Origin: a virus
Taxonomy: Duplodnaviria; Caudoviricetes
IMG/VR virus record: IMGVR_UViG_3300024269_000048
Span: 1 to 64,000 of that record
Direction: 5' to 3' (one strand)
Length of the DNA: 64,000 nucleotides
Position numbers and translations under genes: made by a program. A model generated the notes under the pieces. It was not told the origin of the DNA. It ran no database searches and worked only from the letters and a program-made list of their open reading frames with translations. Positions 38,107 to 49,868 of this stretch are shown in pieces (the stretch's first letter is position 1; the number at the start of each line of letters is the position of its first letter).

Positions 38107-38511
38107 TTATTGCGCAGGGTTAGAAGTTAAATAATCGATAATCACTTTTTCCGGTATTGTTAGACACTCAATTATGCTGTATATATTACAACCGACTACA
38201 ATTATAGATGCAAGGGCCAGTCCAACAAATATCACCCAAAGTATAGTCGCTATCCATGGACTATCATAATCGTAATCGTACTCATCCTCAAGAGCCTTCT
38301 TGTGAAAGGGTTTAACGACAAAGAAAGCTATCAATGTTAGCATAGGAATAAAGCATATCCAAAAGATACTGGTACCAATCTTAAAGTTGATAAACCTACC
38401 CATCAATTCTTCAATATACGGAAGAATATTGTTATTCGTCCAATCAATCACGATACCGAACTTCTCACAGAGAGCATCGATTACTTCTACTACTTTATTA
38501 GTTGTTTCCAT
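38107..38511 (-). CDS. two-transmembrane membrane protein, paralog of 54382-54792
   Basis: VIDALCEKFGIVIDWT...PYIE...IGTSI shared with 54382-54792. Confidence 0.75.
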   Translation of the reverse strand: METTNKVVEVIDALCEKFGIVIDWTNNNILPYIEELMGRFINFKIGTSIFWICFIPMLTLIAFFVVKPFHKKALEDEYDYDYDSPWIATILWVIFVGLALASIIVVGCNIYSIIECLTIPEKVIIDYLTSNPAQ

Positions 38512-38592
38512 TTTATAATTACCTTTCTTAATTTGTCAATCATTTTGTGTTGTTAATCAATTGTTCTTAAATAATACTGCAACTCTTCACCC

Positions 38593-40817
38593 TTAAGGTT
38601 TTCCATTATCATTATCATCATAATAATATAGACATTCGATACCGTCTCTGGTTAATTCCAAGCCCATATTTTTGTAGTAATCCTTGTGGAAAAACTTATC
38701 AAGCACTTTAATCTCTGCCCTTGCCTGTTCTTCCTCATCGTCGGAAATCTTTTTGAAATGAATTTTCATATCATATCTTGGTGAACATACCCAACCATCG
38801 TGGTTATTGTCGTGAAGCTCTACGGTATCAACTACCTTATACTTCTTGATAAACCAAACCTTTGGACTGTGCCAAATAAGTATAGAAGCGTCTTCCCACC
38901 AATCTCGAATTCTATATTTAATGTCAATAAGTCTGCTCCTCAAATAAAGTCCGATATATGAACTATCGCAACAATGGTCTTCACACCAAGACATCTGAAA
39001 TGCGATAAGAGGATGTCTCTTAATCATCTTCAGAATTTTCTCAATCTCATAAAGTCCCCACGTATCATCTTTGCCCATCTCCTCTAGGCTTATATTTACT
39101 CTAAAGAAACTACGTGATGGCTTGAACTTATCAAGATCAATTTTGTGTCGGCAGAAGAACTGCACCGCAGGATAATCTTCTCCTCCGTCATTCTTTAACT
39201 TTTCGGGGTCAGTATTGATCCACATTCCAAACTTCCATCCGGGTATACCCTTGATATTGAAATGAACTACACTGTCATCACCCATATCAAATATGAAATA
39301 ACCATCTCCATATTTAATATTGGTTGGCGTAAACTTATTCTCTTTGATATAGTTGAATACCTTTTCTGCTGCTTCTCGTCTCGTCATTATTAATCCTCCT
39401 GTTCTGCAATCGCCCTCTTTAAGACATTCGCCATTCTTGGGTCTGCATTAATTTCATTCATAGTTAAACCGAGTGCTTCAAGCGTATCGGTAAGGTCTTG
39501 AGTATATCCATACTCGTGGTTGCCAAGTTCATAATTGAACATCTGATACAGATACTCATCATCCTGCATTGCGGCCTTGCGCTCTGCTTCGTGACGATCA
39601 AACATTTCGTGCATTGCATCGGAGTCGGTCTTACGGATATAGCCGCCACCACCAATGCTAAAGATTGCTCCTGTGTTCTGTGGGTCAAGTCCCCACTTGG
39701 TCATCATTTCATCAAACTGAGATTGGTTGAATGCGAACCCGAATGGGAATGCGTCAACCTCTTTTTGGTGTTTGGATTTAAGTTCTGTATATTTATTCAA
39801 TATTATCTCTCCTTCTTCTTTTCGCTCTTTGTCATTCTACCATCACAAGGCATTGTACGAGTAGTCTCGCCACAAGTCTTGAAGTAGATGCAGTTGATAC
39901 AGGGGTGGGTTGGTTGGTTTTTCATTAAGACACCTCCTTATGTTGTGTTTGCATTAATATAGTCTCAAGATTGAACATAAAATCTTTTCTGACAGCCTTT
40001 ACATCTTCGCCCTTTGAGCTGTATGCGTAAAATGTTCCTTCCAACTCTCTTTCATTGTCATAGTATAACTTCAGACCTTTGTTTGGAAAGCTTAAATAAT
40101 ACCTTACCCAATCACACATTATGTTTTCACCTTCTTTATAATTCTCCATCCTTTACACGGATTGGTTACCCATATTCGTATTCCTTTGGGCCAGTCGTGG
40201 CAATCTTTGATGCGTTCAAGTAGGTACATCATTCATAATCCTCTCTGTATTCGCAATCATAACGTTCTTTTTCAAACTTATCGCAGATGTTGAAGAACAT
40301 TCGTCTTGCTTCTGCATTTGTAAGACATACCTTCGTTTCTGTCTCGGGTGCTGCGTCAAACCAACCACTTCGGTATGAACGAACAGTTGTAACTACATTA
40401 TCATCGCAATATACTGCGTCGTAGATTATACATTCATTGCCATAGTGTTTGTATTTAGCTTTCATTAGATCATTCCTCCCTACTATCGTGAGACACATAC
40501 TGCATAAGTTCGTCCATATTGAAGTAGAATATCTCGTATGTACAGAAGCCACTCTGAGCCTTACGACCAGACCTCTTACCGAGATTGTTAGCTTCGAGCC
40601 AATCAATAATTCCGGGGTTGTTATTAGTATCTATGAATGCAGTACCCATAGGAAGTGAATAGCCAAGGTTAACCGTAAGATCACTCCAAGGCTCAGGAGA
40701 TTCCTCATCATCGTGAGTAATCATACCTATATAGAGATTATTATTGTTTGCATAGTTTGCCAGTTCAAATGATATGGGGTGGTCTGCACCCCAAGCGTTA
40801 AGTATTAGTGTTTTCAT
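38593..40817 (-). CDS. hypothetical proteins (38593-39387, 39390-39800, 39925-40149, 40229-40465, 40470-40817)
   Basis: Co-oriented ORFs with RBS. Confidence 0.6.
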
Positions 40818-40884
40818 TTTTTAGTCCTCTCCTTTTCAAGTGCCTTAATTCGGTCTAGGTCGCTGTGTGCTTTTGAGTTCCTCC

Positions 40885-41886
40885 TTACGCAAACTTGTAG
40901 TCTACAATATCGTCAAAGCACATTCCGGGATAAGAAGTGAACAGGTCGAGCCAGCACTCTGCCTTTGTTTTACCAGTAGCAAACACATACTCCATTTGTC
41001 CTTCCTCATCGACAACTGCAACTGTAAGCTCCAAGTAGATGTCCTTGCTTGCCTTGGTGGGCAAATTGTCGCTTTTGCCACCATACACATCATCGTCGCC
41101 ATCTGTATAGCCATAATCATCGTAAGGATAACGATAGCTAGAATTGTTGCCACTATGTGTACGGTTATTATAATTATAATAGCTAGACTGGTAAGTCTTA
41201 GCAACATACTCAAAGGGCTTATCACACTCGGCCGTAATGAGAACCTGTGCTGCAGAGATAGTATCCATCATCTCATCATAGTTGACATACTCGTTGACTG
41301 TATGAGGATTATAATATCCACAGGACAGATTAACACCGCACAACTTACTTTCAGGCATGAGTACTGAAATGTCAGTAAACGAACCCTGTGCCAACTTATA
41401 ACCAGTGTTTTCCAACACATAATTAGTGAAATCCTTGTTGTCGCAGGAATAGAATACTGCATCGTTATTGCCCTTGCGGTCAAACTCAATCATAAAGTTG
41501 ACATCGAGGTTCTTAATGTAGTCGGTTTTAGCAAACTTTCTTGCGCCAACCGTACCAATTTCTTCATCTTCAAGTAGTAGCACAGAACAATGGTGCTTCT
41601 TGACAAGATTTGCGATAATGAACACTCCACATCTATCGTCGCCACCAATACCCTGAGGAGAGGAGAGCTTTTCACCTTCCTTAATAATAGAAGTGCACTG
41701 CTCCTTGTGCACGGTGTCCATATGAGCAACGAGCAATACAGGAACATCACCCTTTGCATATAAGAAACCGTCCTCGTTGATGACCTCATACTCCTTAGAT
41801 ACAAGATACTTGGACATATATTCTTTGACACCTTCCTGTGTCATGCAGCAAAAATCTTTAAATTTCTTCATTTTTAACCCCTCCAT
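40885..41886 (-). CDS. M28/M42-like zinc peptidase
   Basis: LVAHMDTVH, GGDDRCG, DEEIG, IEFDRKG, GSFTD, GYYNPHT. Confidence 0.8.
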   Translation of the reverse strand: MEGLKMKKFKDFCCMTQEGVKEYMSKYLVSKEYEVINEDGFLYAKGDVPVLLVAHMDTVHKEQCTSIIKEGEKLSSPQGIGGDDRCGVFIIANLVKKHHCSVLLLEDEEIGTVGARKFAKTDYIKNLDVNFMIEFDRKGNNDAVFYSCDNKDFTNYVLENTGYKLAQGSFTDISVLMPESKLCGVNLSCGYYNPHTVNEYVNYDEMMDTISAAQVLITAECDKPFEYVAKTYQSSYYNYNNRTHSGNNSSYRYPYDDYGYTDGDDDVYGGKSDNLPTKASKDIYLELTVAVVDEEGQMEYVFATGKTKAECWLDLFTSYPGMCFDDIVDYKFA

Positions 41887-41889
41887 ATA

Positions 41890-43236
41890 TTAAAATTCAA
41901 AACTTAAGGTATGTCTTGATCCAGTGTTACATCTGTCGTGGCTAAGTTGACCACTAGAGCTTATTTCTTCGCCACAATAAGGACAAATTCCACTGTGACC
42001 AACCACTATGAGGCTGTTGTCGCCAACATTTTTGTAAAGCTCTGTCGGGCAAGAGATATTACAATCTTCTCTATAATTATAGTCTCGATAGTGAACGCCA
42101 TGCGACTGTGTTCGTTTCTCACATAAACTACGATTGCCAAGGTGAGACCATGAATTATTGGACAAACCGAGCATAAGTGCAAATTCAGCCTGTACAATAT
42201 CACGGAACGTCTTATACAGATCAGTGCCACCGTCATTTGACTGAGGATATACTCTTGCCTGCATCAGCATATTGTTGCCAAAGTGGAACATATTACGATA
42301 AATCTTACCGCTCTGCTGCACATCGGCATCCTTATCGACTGCAAAAGTAATAATAGACGTGCCATCAAGCATATAACTCAATGTACCTCCACAATATCCG
42401 CCACTGTAATAATCTGGCATCTGGCGAACATTCTTCTTGTCAATAGTATGACAACTTGCCCAACTGTTGCCGAAGCTCATAGTTAAATAATCATAAGGAT
42501 TAAGGCTGATATAAAAGTCGAGTTCTCTCTTCAAATCGGATACCAAGTCTGCGTATTGAGCAAACAGTTTGTTATATTTTGCCGATTTTGTAACACCATA
42601 TGCTTCACAAACACGATTAAATGCTCGGCTTGTTTTCAAACCTTCTGCAAGCTTTATACTACTATCGCGTTTCTGAATGGAGCTAACCGCGTTTTTACTT
42701 AAAGACGGATGTGGAAAATACGCAAAATCTCCGGTTATGATATTGTGGAACGTATTTGCCGCTTGCTTTGACTTCTTTGTATAACCATATTCATCAAAGT
42801 CTTGCATACATCCACGAGAATCCCTCAATTGTTTTATGAATGTCATATCGTGCATTTTCTTTACACCAACGCTTTTGGCACCAGTTAAAATATAGTCTGT
42901 CATTGTTTTGCCATGTTCATCGGTGCGGCTCAAAATAAGATCTCTTGATCCGACTCTTTCCTCGAAGTAAGAGCAAAAACTCTGTACCTCATTGGCATCG
43001 TTGTCACGAGCAAACTCTCGCCGGAGACTAATGCGCAAATTGCCTACATAATGAGGTGAAGAAATAAACTTCTGAATTAACGGTTCCTTGTTAGTAAAAA
43101 AGGTGTTCAACATTGTGCACACACCGTGTTCAGAATTGCGATGATTATATGTTGTGAGTAACGTCATAATATCATCGACCATCTTGTCTGTGTCAACATA
43201 TCGTCCCCACATTGTCTTAAGTTGGCTCTTGTTCAT
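41890..43236 (-). CDS. conserved phage hypothetical protein (448 aa)
   Basis: ISLNPYDYLTMSFGNSWASCH, RVYP, and a C-terminal CPYC. Confidence 0.75.
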   Translation of the reverse strand: MNKSQLKTMWGRYVDTDKMVDDIMTLLTTYNHRNSEHGVCTMLNTFFTNKEPLIQKFISSPHYVGNLRISLRREFARDNDANEVQSFCSYFEERVGSRDLILSRTDEHGKTMTDYILTGAKSVGVKKMHDMTFIKQLRDSRGCMQDFDEYGYTKKSKQAANTFHNIITGDFAYFPHPSLSKNAVSSIQKRDSSIKLAEGLKTSRAFNRVCEAYGVTKSAKYNKLFAQYADLVSDLKRELDFYISLNPYDYLTMSFGNSWASCHTIDKKNVRQMPDYYSGGYCGGTLSYMLDGTSIITFAVDKDADVQQSGKIYRNMFHFGNNMLMQARVYPQSNDGGTDLYKTFRDIVQAEFALMLGLSNNSWSHLGNRSLCEKRTQSHGVHYRDYNYREDCNISCPTELYKNVGDNSLIVVGHSGICPYCGEEISSSGQLSHDRCNTGSRHTLSFEF

Positions 43237-43237
43237 A

Positions 43238-44323
43238 TCAATCTTCTCCTTTGTAAATATTTCTCATAATTTTCATCAACTCATTATAATATTGTGTAGA
43301 GAACAATGAGTTGCTTGCGTTGATTTCTGAATACACTCCCCACGAAAGGGCGAATATTTTGTCGTACTTCTTGCTATATACAATTTGACAAGAATTATTA
43401 CGGTAATTGCATTTAAATTTGTCAATAATTCCTAAGTTGGTTATGTTCGCATGGAGATTGTAACGACCATTCCACTTAAAGTCGATACTACCATCGGAGT
43501 TTTTATAATTAACCTGCCACTTACTCATATCAAGGGCGTCTACGGTTGCCATATCATCAAATGCGCCAGGGTACTTGATGAAGAAATCATCGATAGGGGC
43601 AACAGTATTGGCGCCGCAACGGTTATACATACAAGCCTTTCTCGCCTTTACACTTTCAATAGGTGGGGCTGCCCAAGAATTGCCGCAGGTTAATGAGCAC
43701 ACGGTTTTCTTCGTTCTAGTATATGTTCCGTCATCATTTTTAACCAAAGACTCTTTAAGTTCCGTTTCACCACTAAACCTCAGGTACTGGCATGTCAAAC
43801 ACGGATCACAACTCTGAGCTAACTGTGCATGTTTCTCAATGGCCTTTTTAGTATTTTTGATGATACTGTAGCACTTTGTGCACTGCACATACTTTGTACG
43901 AGGGTCATTTTCGACGGAGACAATTTCGATAGGGTTAATATAATTTTTATTGAGAGAAAATCTGCTCGACTTGCCGTCCCAGCAAACGTTGTGCCAACGA
44001 TAATCACTGCGAAGCAAAACTCTCGGTTGGTGTGGGTCGGGCTCCGATGTGAACTTGGAGCAAAGTTCAACAATGTCATAAAAACTGTATACCGCCCAAA
44101 GAGGCGAAGGTTTGCTCTTGCCCTTGCAGCAATTATTGGCGTAATGAATGTATGTGTCTCCGTCTCCCCAGTAGTCAAGTTCAAGAAAGCTTGCACCGCT
44201 TTCCCACCTTTTTCCCATAGCATCAAATGCTTCACGCACAGCGTCTGATTCTTCTTTTGTAGTACATTCAATTACCTTCATAGTGTCTAGATTAAAAAAC
44301 TCTTTCAATGTAATCTGAGGCAT
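43238..44323 (-). CDS. Cys-rich hypothetical protein (361 aa)
   Basis: Several CxxC motifs; directly upstream of the 448-aa gene. Confidence 0.7.
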   Translation of the reverse strand: MPQITLKEFFNLDTMKVIECTTKEESDAVREAFDAMGKRWESGASFLELDYWGDGDTYIHYANNCCKGKSKPSPLWAVYSFYDIVELCSKFTSEPDPHQPRVLLRSDYRWHNVCWDGKSSRFSLNKNYINPIEIVSVENDPRTKYVQCTKCYSIIKNTKKAIEKHAQLAQSCDPCLTCQYLRFSGETELKESLVKNDDGTYTRTKKTVCSLTCGNSWAAPPIESVKARKACMYNRCGANTVAPIDDFFIKYPGAFDDMATVDALDMSKWQVNYKNSDGSIDFKWNGRYNLHANITNLGIIDKFKCNYRNNSCQIVYSKKYDKIFALSWGVYSEINASNSLFSTQYYNELMKIMRNIYKGED

Positions 44324-44395
44324 AATTTTGTTTCTCCTTTGTATTTTTTTTATTTGTATATTAAAAGCTTACGCTTTGAGTTTTCGAAGTTGAGA

Positions 44396-44422
44396 AAGGG
44401 GCTATCTAGGTGACAGCCCCTT
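44396..44422 (-). terminator. probable intrinsic terminator
   Basis: AAGGGGCT/AGCCCCTT stem in an intergenic gap. Confidence 0.5.
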
Positions 44423-44458
44423 GGTTGCGTGGCTAATTACTTAGCCTTTATTATGTTA

Positions 44459-45028
44459 TTACTGAATAGACGCACGCTTTGCGGCGATAGTCGCAGGGTC
44501 GTTAGTGATTTCGCTCACGAACTTGATTGCCTTAGCAACAAGTGTGGTGTTGTTGGGGTTACGGTACTGATATTCCTTGGCATTTACAAGAGCCCTAACC
44601 TTGAAGAAACGGTTCTTGAAGTCATAGTCGTAATTTCTGAAGCAGTGCTGCAGATTAGTGCAAACGTGATAACCCTTGGAGCCAAGTACAACATTGTCGC
44701 CATAGGTGTCCTCAACGCCCATTCTATACTTCTTACCCTTACAAGTCATGTTGGCATCTGTGCCCTTGTAAGCATCAACCCAAATCCACTCAAGCTCGAC
44801 AGCCTCAAAGTATCTGTCATCAACAGAGTACTTCTTTCCAACCTTGTCGGGATTAACGTGCTCAAGAATTTCAATCTTGATGTTGTTGCCGTTTGACTTA
44901 CGGGGGAAAACTTCAACGACCTTGGCCTTCTGGAGAACAGAGTAGCCACATACGGAGTATTCGGAGTCAGCAGTAGTAAGGGGGCGAATGATAGTGTTGA
45001 TAGTAAGCATAGTAAAAATTCCTTTCAT
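44459..45028 (-). CDS. phage protein with a DUF7666-like domain
   Basis: YKGTDANMTCKG...GYHVCTNL...Y...RFFKV. Confidence 0.6.
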   Translation of the reverse strand: MKGIFTMLTINTIIRPLTTADSEYSVCGYSVLQKAKVVEVFPRKSNGNNIKIEILEHVNPDKVGKKYSVDDRYFEAVELEWIWVDAYKGTDANMTCKGKKYRMGVEDTYGDNVVLGSKGYHVCTNLQHCFRNYDYDFKNRFFKVRALVNAKEYQYRNPNNTTLVAKAIKFVSEITNDPATIAAKRASIQ

Positions 45029-45153
45029 CTTTTAAGTTTTTCTTTTGTTTGTTTTTTTTGTTTGTTTGTGTTTAAGAGAATGCGTTAAAGTCGGGGTTTA
45101 GTAGCACAATGGAATCACGTCCTTTCTGTATATATATTAATAGGTTGTAAATA

Positions 45154-45579
45154 TTAGCTATTGCACAGTGCCTCAGCTTCCTGCATGAGTCGCTCTTCTT
45201 TTTCGAGCTTAGCACGCAGTTCTGCATACTTTGCCTTATGCATTGCAAATCTTTCTGCAGCTTCCTTTTTGGCATTTTCCTTTGCAATAATTGCATCATA
45301 AGCCTTAACCTTTTCGTTACGAACGTTGATGTTGGTTGAAATCTCGTCAAGGTGCTCCATAACATTAGAAACGAAGCAATAGCGTTTGCCCTTACAGGTC
45401 TTGATCTTGCCTGTTACTGCGGCACTCATAGTAGACTGAGTTGCTCCAGTTTTTTCTGCGGCATCAATGACACTTGCATAGACTGAGCCGTCTGTAATAC
45501 AGAATACAGGCTTGCTATTGCCGTTGACGTGGTGTCCTACTGCCTTTACGTTGGTTGCTCTGCGAATGTTAATAGTCAT
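45154..45579 (-). CDS. NUMOD1-like helix-turn-helix DNA-binding protein
   Basis: KPVFCITDGSVYASVIDAAEKTG...MSAAVTGKIKTCKG followed by a coiled coil. Confidence 0.65.
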   Translation of the reverse strand: MTINIRRATNVKAVGHHVNGNSKPVFCITDGSVYASVIDAAEKTGATQSTMSAAVTGKIKTCKGKRYCFVSNVMEHLDEISTNINVRNEKVKAYDAIIAKENAKKEAAERFAMHKAKYAELRAKLEKEERLMQEAEALCNS

Positions 45580-45642
45580 AATTTCTACCTTCCTTTTGCC
45601 TTTTGGCTTTATTTTTTTTATTTTTATCCCATTTGGGATTGG

Positions 45643-46945
45643 TTACTTGTTATATTTTGAGTATCTGGTGTCATTGAGTACTGTGTCTGCCATATAGTCG
45701 CTCCACTCAAGGATTGTGTAGTTGTAATATATATAAAAGTCGCAATTGCAAAAAGTGCCATTGTTAAAGTTGTATGCTGTTTCTGACTTATACTCAGAAT
45801 AGTGCGTTCTATCTATATAGCTATGACCATCACCCCACTTTCTTCCGTTCTCATTCAGATATCGGCAGAAACTTTCTGCTTCTTCTTCAGTCTTGCAATG
45901 CATAACGTAATTGCCGGGGTATTTATTTATGTCAAAATACATAATTTGAACTCCTCCTTTACGGCACCGTGTGCCTTTGACAGTAATTTGTGCAGTGTTG
46001 TCTGCTCATCTTCGGTCAGAGCATTCCAGTCAATGTTCATATTGAGATGCTCAATGTTGGGTTTAACAATCTCATAACTCCAACCTCGCCTTATTGCCTC
46101 GGCTTTGGCAAGAATTTCGGCTTGTTCATAGTGAAAGGCGTATACCGTAATTGGTCCACCTTTGAAGTGGAATGTGAATGGAAAGTGTTTCATTTGTATT
46201 TACCTCCTTGTAGGCCATGGCAGTTTATTCCATTTAGTACCGTCCCATTCTGCATAACAGGCTCGGTTATTAAGCATTATATAACGTCTTTCGCCAACGT
46301 GAGGGTCATAAGTCCATTTCATTTGTGTTCTTCCTCCTGTTCTCGTTCAAGTTCTTCAAGACAACTCTTACAGTTGTCGGTGCAGTTGGTTACTGCGTTG
46401 CACATTGGGCAGTATTTTGACATTGTTATTGTTTCTCCTTGTCATGCTTTAATGGTGTGTGGATATTGCTCCAGTCTAACGCTTGACCACAACGACCACA
46501 ATAACGGTTTCTGTTACTGAACTGATTGAGCAGGAAAAAGGTATCGTCGCATCGTGGGCAACAAATCCAGCCGTTGTTGTCAATTCTCATCTTGGTAGGT
46601 GTTTCTTTGTCTTTTGGAATCATTTGTACTCCTCCTTATACAAAAAAGACCATACTCCAAACATAGATGCCTACGAGTATGGGAATGGCGATGGCTATTT
46701 CTATATGAATGATTGTGTTAATAATTTCGTTGAGTTTCATAGTAGTTTCAACTCCTTTTATTTTGTTTTATACGTTTTTCGAGTTCACGCATTTTCTTAC
46801 CTTTGATTTCAAAAAGGACTTTTGCAAACTCAATATTTCCGTCATCATCATAATATTCCTTGATGACCATAAATAAAGGTATTTGTGTTTTTGACTTAAA
46901 ACTAAATATAATTCTGGTTTTCACCTCAAGTTCCTCCTCTTGCAA
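45643..46945 (-). CDS. small hypothetical proteins (45643-45942, 45927-46193, 46426-46623 zinc ribbon, 46748-46945)
   Basis: Co-oriented ORFs with RBS. Confidence 0.55.
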
Positions 46946-46964
46946 TTTTGAGTATTAAAAAAGA

Positions 46965-47420
46965 CTATCTTTCGATAGCCTTGAGTGCTTGCAGTACCTT
47001 GTTAAATACTGCCTTATTGGGATAATATTTATCGTGAGCAAAGATCTTTATACCACTTCTACTCCTGTATTCAAGAATTGCTGCGGCAACAGCGGCACTT
47101 CTGCTCTGACCGTGCTCACATTGACAGATTATTATATCTACCTTGTCGTGAATTTCGGCGTAGAACTTGGCAATCTGTCTTGCCTGTTCATCGCTGAGCA
47201 TATGATACTTGTCTGCAATAACATCTCGCTCGGCTTCGGTTGTGCCGACAAAGATGTCGTTGTCAACATCATCAAAAGCAAGCCTTAACACATAGTCAGG
47301 CTCATTCTTAAGTTCTGCAAAGTTCCAACTTGCGTCGGTTATGCTGATAAGTGCAGTTTTTGGAGCAAAGTGCATTTGCTCAATTGCATCTCTGCTTTTA
47401 ATAAGAATTTTGGACATCAC
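46965..47420 (-). CDS. protein-tyrosine/dual-specificity phosphatase-like protein
   Basis: IICQCEHGQSRSAAVAAAI (CX5R P-loop). Confidence 0.8.
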   Translation of the reverse strand: MMSKILIKSRDAIEQMHFAPKTALISITDASWNFAELKNEPDYVLRLAFDDVDNDIFVGTTEAERDVIADKYHMLSDEQARQIAKFYAEIHDKVDIIICQCEHGQSRSAAVAAAILEYRSRSGIKIFAHDKYYPNKAVFNKVLQALKAIER

Positions 47421-48964
47421 CCGTCCCTCCCTCTCACAATTTTAAGTGCTTTCTTAACAAGCGTGGTTATATGGTCATCGGTGCAGTTATACTTATTATA
47501 CCACTCGCAAACGGTCTCTGTCGATACTGTCATTCGCAGACAGTCCCAAGCAAGTCGGGTTTCATAGTCTTTATAAATGCCGTACTCTTTGAGTTTTGCG
47601 GCATACTCTTCAAGGTTTTTGATCTGTTTGAACTTTTCGACTACAAAGTCAAGTTCTGCAGCAAGTTTCATTCGGATACCTCCTGTATATTTATAAGTTC
47701 GACATAAATGCCGTGATTACCACAACAAGTAAGATTATAAGCTTCGGCATAAGCGTCAGCAGTTTTATATCTTGTGCAACCTGCTATGGCTTTCATCATT
47801 GCGTGGTCATAGTATAAGCCTGTGCAACCGTGGCTTTCGATGTAGTCGGCAACAAGGTCTACGGCTTCAGTTTCATTATAGGCGGCAACTGCAAATTCGC
47901 TTGCTTCTGTTGTGCCTGTTCCTATGGATACAATATAGGCTTTTTCGCCGTGTGTGGCTTGGTTTATGATAGTCATAATATTACCTCTTCTTTTGCGTGT
48001 CTACGCATTCTTTCTCTGATTTCTTCAGGGTGCTTTTCAAGTTCTTCGGCAATATTTACAGATGTTCCGTTTGTTAAAAATCGCATCCAAGCAGAACGCA
48101 AGTCTTTGAGTATAACTCGTTTCTTCCCAGTGGAACTATGAAAATAGTCCTTTACTGCTTGCAACATTAATGCGGCTGCAAGCTGTCTGATAGCGTGGTC
48201 ACTCATTGTTAGAATCCTTTCTTATTTCAAAAATAAAAGCCCAAGCAAGTTTGTGCTCGGGCAAAATGTATTCAATGTTATTGTGGGTTACGATATATTT
48301 ACCGTTTGTGATTTTGAAACTACACATAGAATTCTTCAATTCTACCGAAGAATTCTCCTGATGTTATAAGTCCTCTGAAGTACAAAATTGCACTGTCAAA
48401 GCTACATTCTGCTTTGGCTATTGCGTGGGGCAAATGATTTGAATACAAGAACCAACGCAGAGTGTTTCCGTGTACATCTGCAACTCTACATTCATATCCA
48501 TTAGTGGCTTTGAATATTTCGGCAGTAATACCACGATATATAATTATAGTCGGCAAGGAGTTAAAAATCTCCTCTATTTCGTCCTCGATATACGCAAGGG
48601 TATCCTCTGCATATTCAAGTGTTTCAGTGTAGTTTTCAAGTGAAACTACGATGTAGTCGTGCAGAGATAATATGTGCATAACTCTGTCGTGCATTTCGTG
48701 TGACAGTTTAACTCCGTCAAGTTCCTCAATTTTTACCCTTTGTGAGCATAGTATATTTAATAATTGTATAGTTTTATTCATAGTTAGTCCCCCTTAAATC
48801 ATTATTTCCCACGTATCAAAATTGTTTCGATTTGCGAGAATTTCGCCTGTTTCCAAAAGAATTATATTTATAATTTCTCCCTCACTTGCCGTTTTCTCAA
48901 TTTTTGCGATAATTTGGGCAAGTGCCTGAAAATCAACATTCTTTGCGACATAATAAGTATACAT
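47417..48964 (-). CDS. small hypothetical proteins (47417-47671, 47668-47976, 47973-48206, 48320-48781, 48794-48964)
   Basis: Overlapping start/stop junctions and RBS. Confidence 0.55.
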
Positions 48965-49057
48965 AAAAGTACCCCCAATAAATAAATTTTGCACTCTGCA
49001 TTTATACGGACTTGTGACCGTTAGTAAAGCCAAATTTAGCCTTACAAGTTGCATTAC

Positions 49058-49089
49058 AAAAAAGGGTACACTTATAGCGTGTACCCTTT
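49058..49089 (-). terminator. intrinsic terminator
   Basis: AAAGGGTACAC/GTGTACCCTTT 11-bp stem with a U-tract on the minus strand, just after the stop at 49116. Confidence 0.7.
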
Positions 49090-49115
49090 GAGGAGAATAT
49101 GGTTGTGTATGGTCA

Positions 49116-49868
49116 TTATGCGTTCTTCTTGTTGGCTTCACGAGCTGCCTTAGCTGCTTCTTTTGCCTTAGCCTGTTCGTCACGAATAGTCGCAGTAGAC
49201 TTGATATTATAACCGTCAGTAAGACAGTCTGCGATATAATTCTCGATAAGGTCTGCAAATTCGGGAAGTGCAACGGCTACGGGGCGTTTCCAAGTCCAAT
49301 TACCCTTTGCCTTAATATCGTCAACTTTCTTAGTTTTTACGGCAAGAGTAGCAAGGGCTTTCTGATACATATCGAGCATATCAATTTTTTCGGATACGGT
49401 ATTTATACCGAGTTCACGCACTCTTGCAATATAGTCCTCGGTCGTTTCTTCTTCTGCTCTTTCGGGACAACCAAGAGTAAGCAAGTCTTCATATCGTGAC
49501 TCTGCCTGTTTTGCCTGTTCTTTACGGATTTTTTCGGCTTTCTTGTATTCTTCAGAATACAGTCTTTTCGGCTTAGTCGCACAATCTCTCATAGTACGCA
49601 TAGACGCCTGGTCTATGATAATACGCTCGTCTTTAGTTGTGTAAAGGTCAAGAATTGCCTTAATGTGAACAAATGCGTTGTCAGTGTCGGACTTCTCGGA
49701 CTTATGAGCATAGTCCTTCCCTGCCCAAGCAGTCAGTGCGTCAAGGGCGTTCTGATACAGTGCGTTCATTACAGAGTAATCCTCACCAAGTTCGTCTTTT
49801 CCAAGTCTGCCAAGAGTAAGTGCGTTGTCGATTACGAGTTTACGGAGTTTAGTTGCAGTTGTTTTCAT
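49116..49868 (-). CDS. hypothetical helical protein (about 250 aa)
   Basis: Likely start ATG 49868 (MKTTAT) within the 322-aa ORF. Confidence 0.7.
   Translation of the reverse strand: MKTTATKLRKLVIDNALTLGRLGKDELGEDYSVMNALYQNALDALTAWAGKDYAHKSEKSDTDNAFVHIKAILDLYTTKDERIIIDQASMRTMRDCATKPKRLYSEEYKKAEKIRKEQAKQAESRYEDLLTLGCPERAEEETTEDYIARVRELGINTVSEKIDMLDMYQKALATLAVKTKKVDDIKAKGNWTWKRPVAVALPEFADLIENYIADCLTDGYNIKSTATIRDEQAKAKEAAKAAREANKKNA

Noticed and set aside
48229-48262. Hairpin with U-tract as a terminator
   Set aside because: It overlaps a plausible 34-aa ORF (MCSFKITNGK...) with normal operon spacing, so the call is ambiguous.
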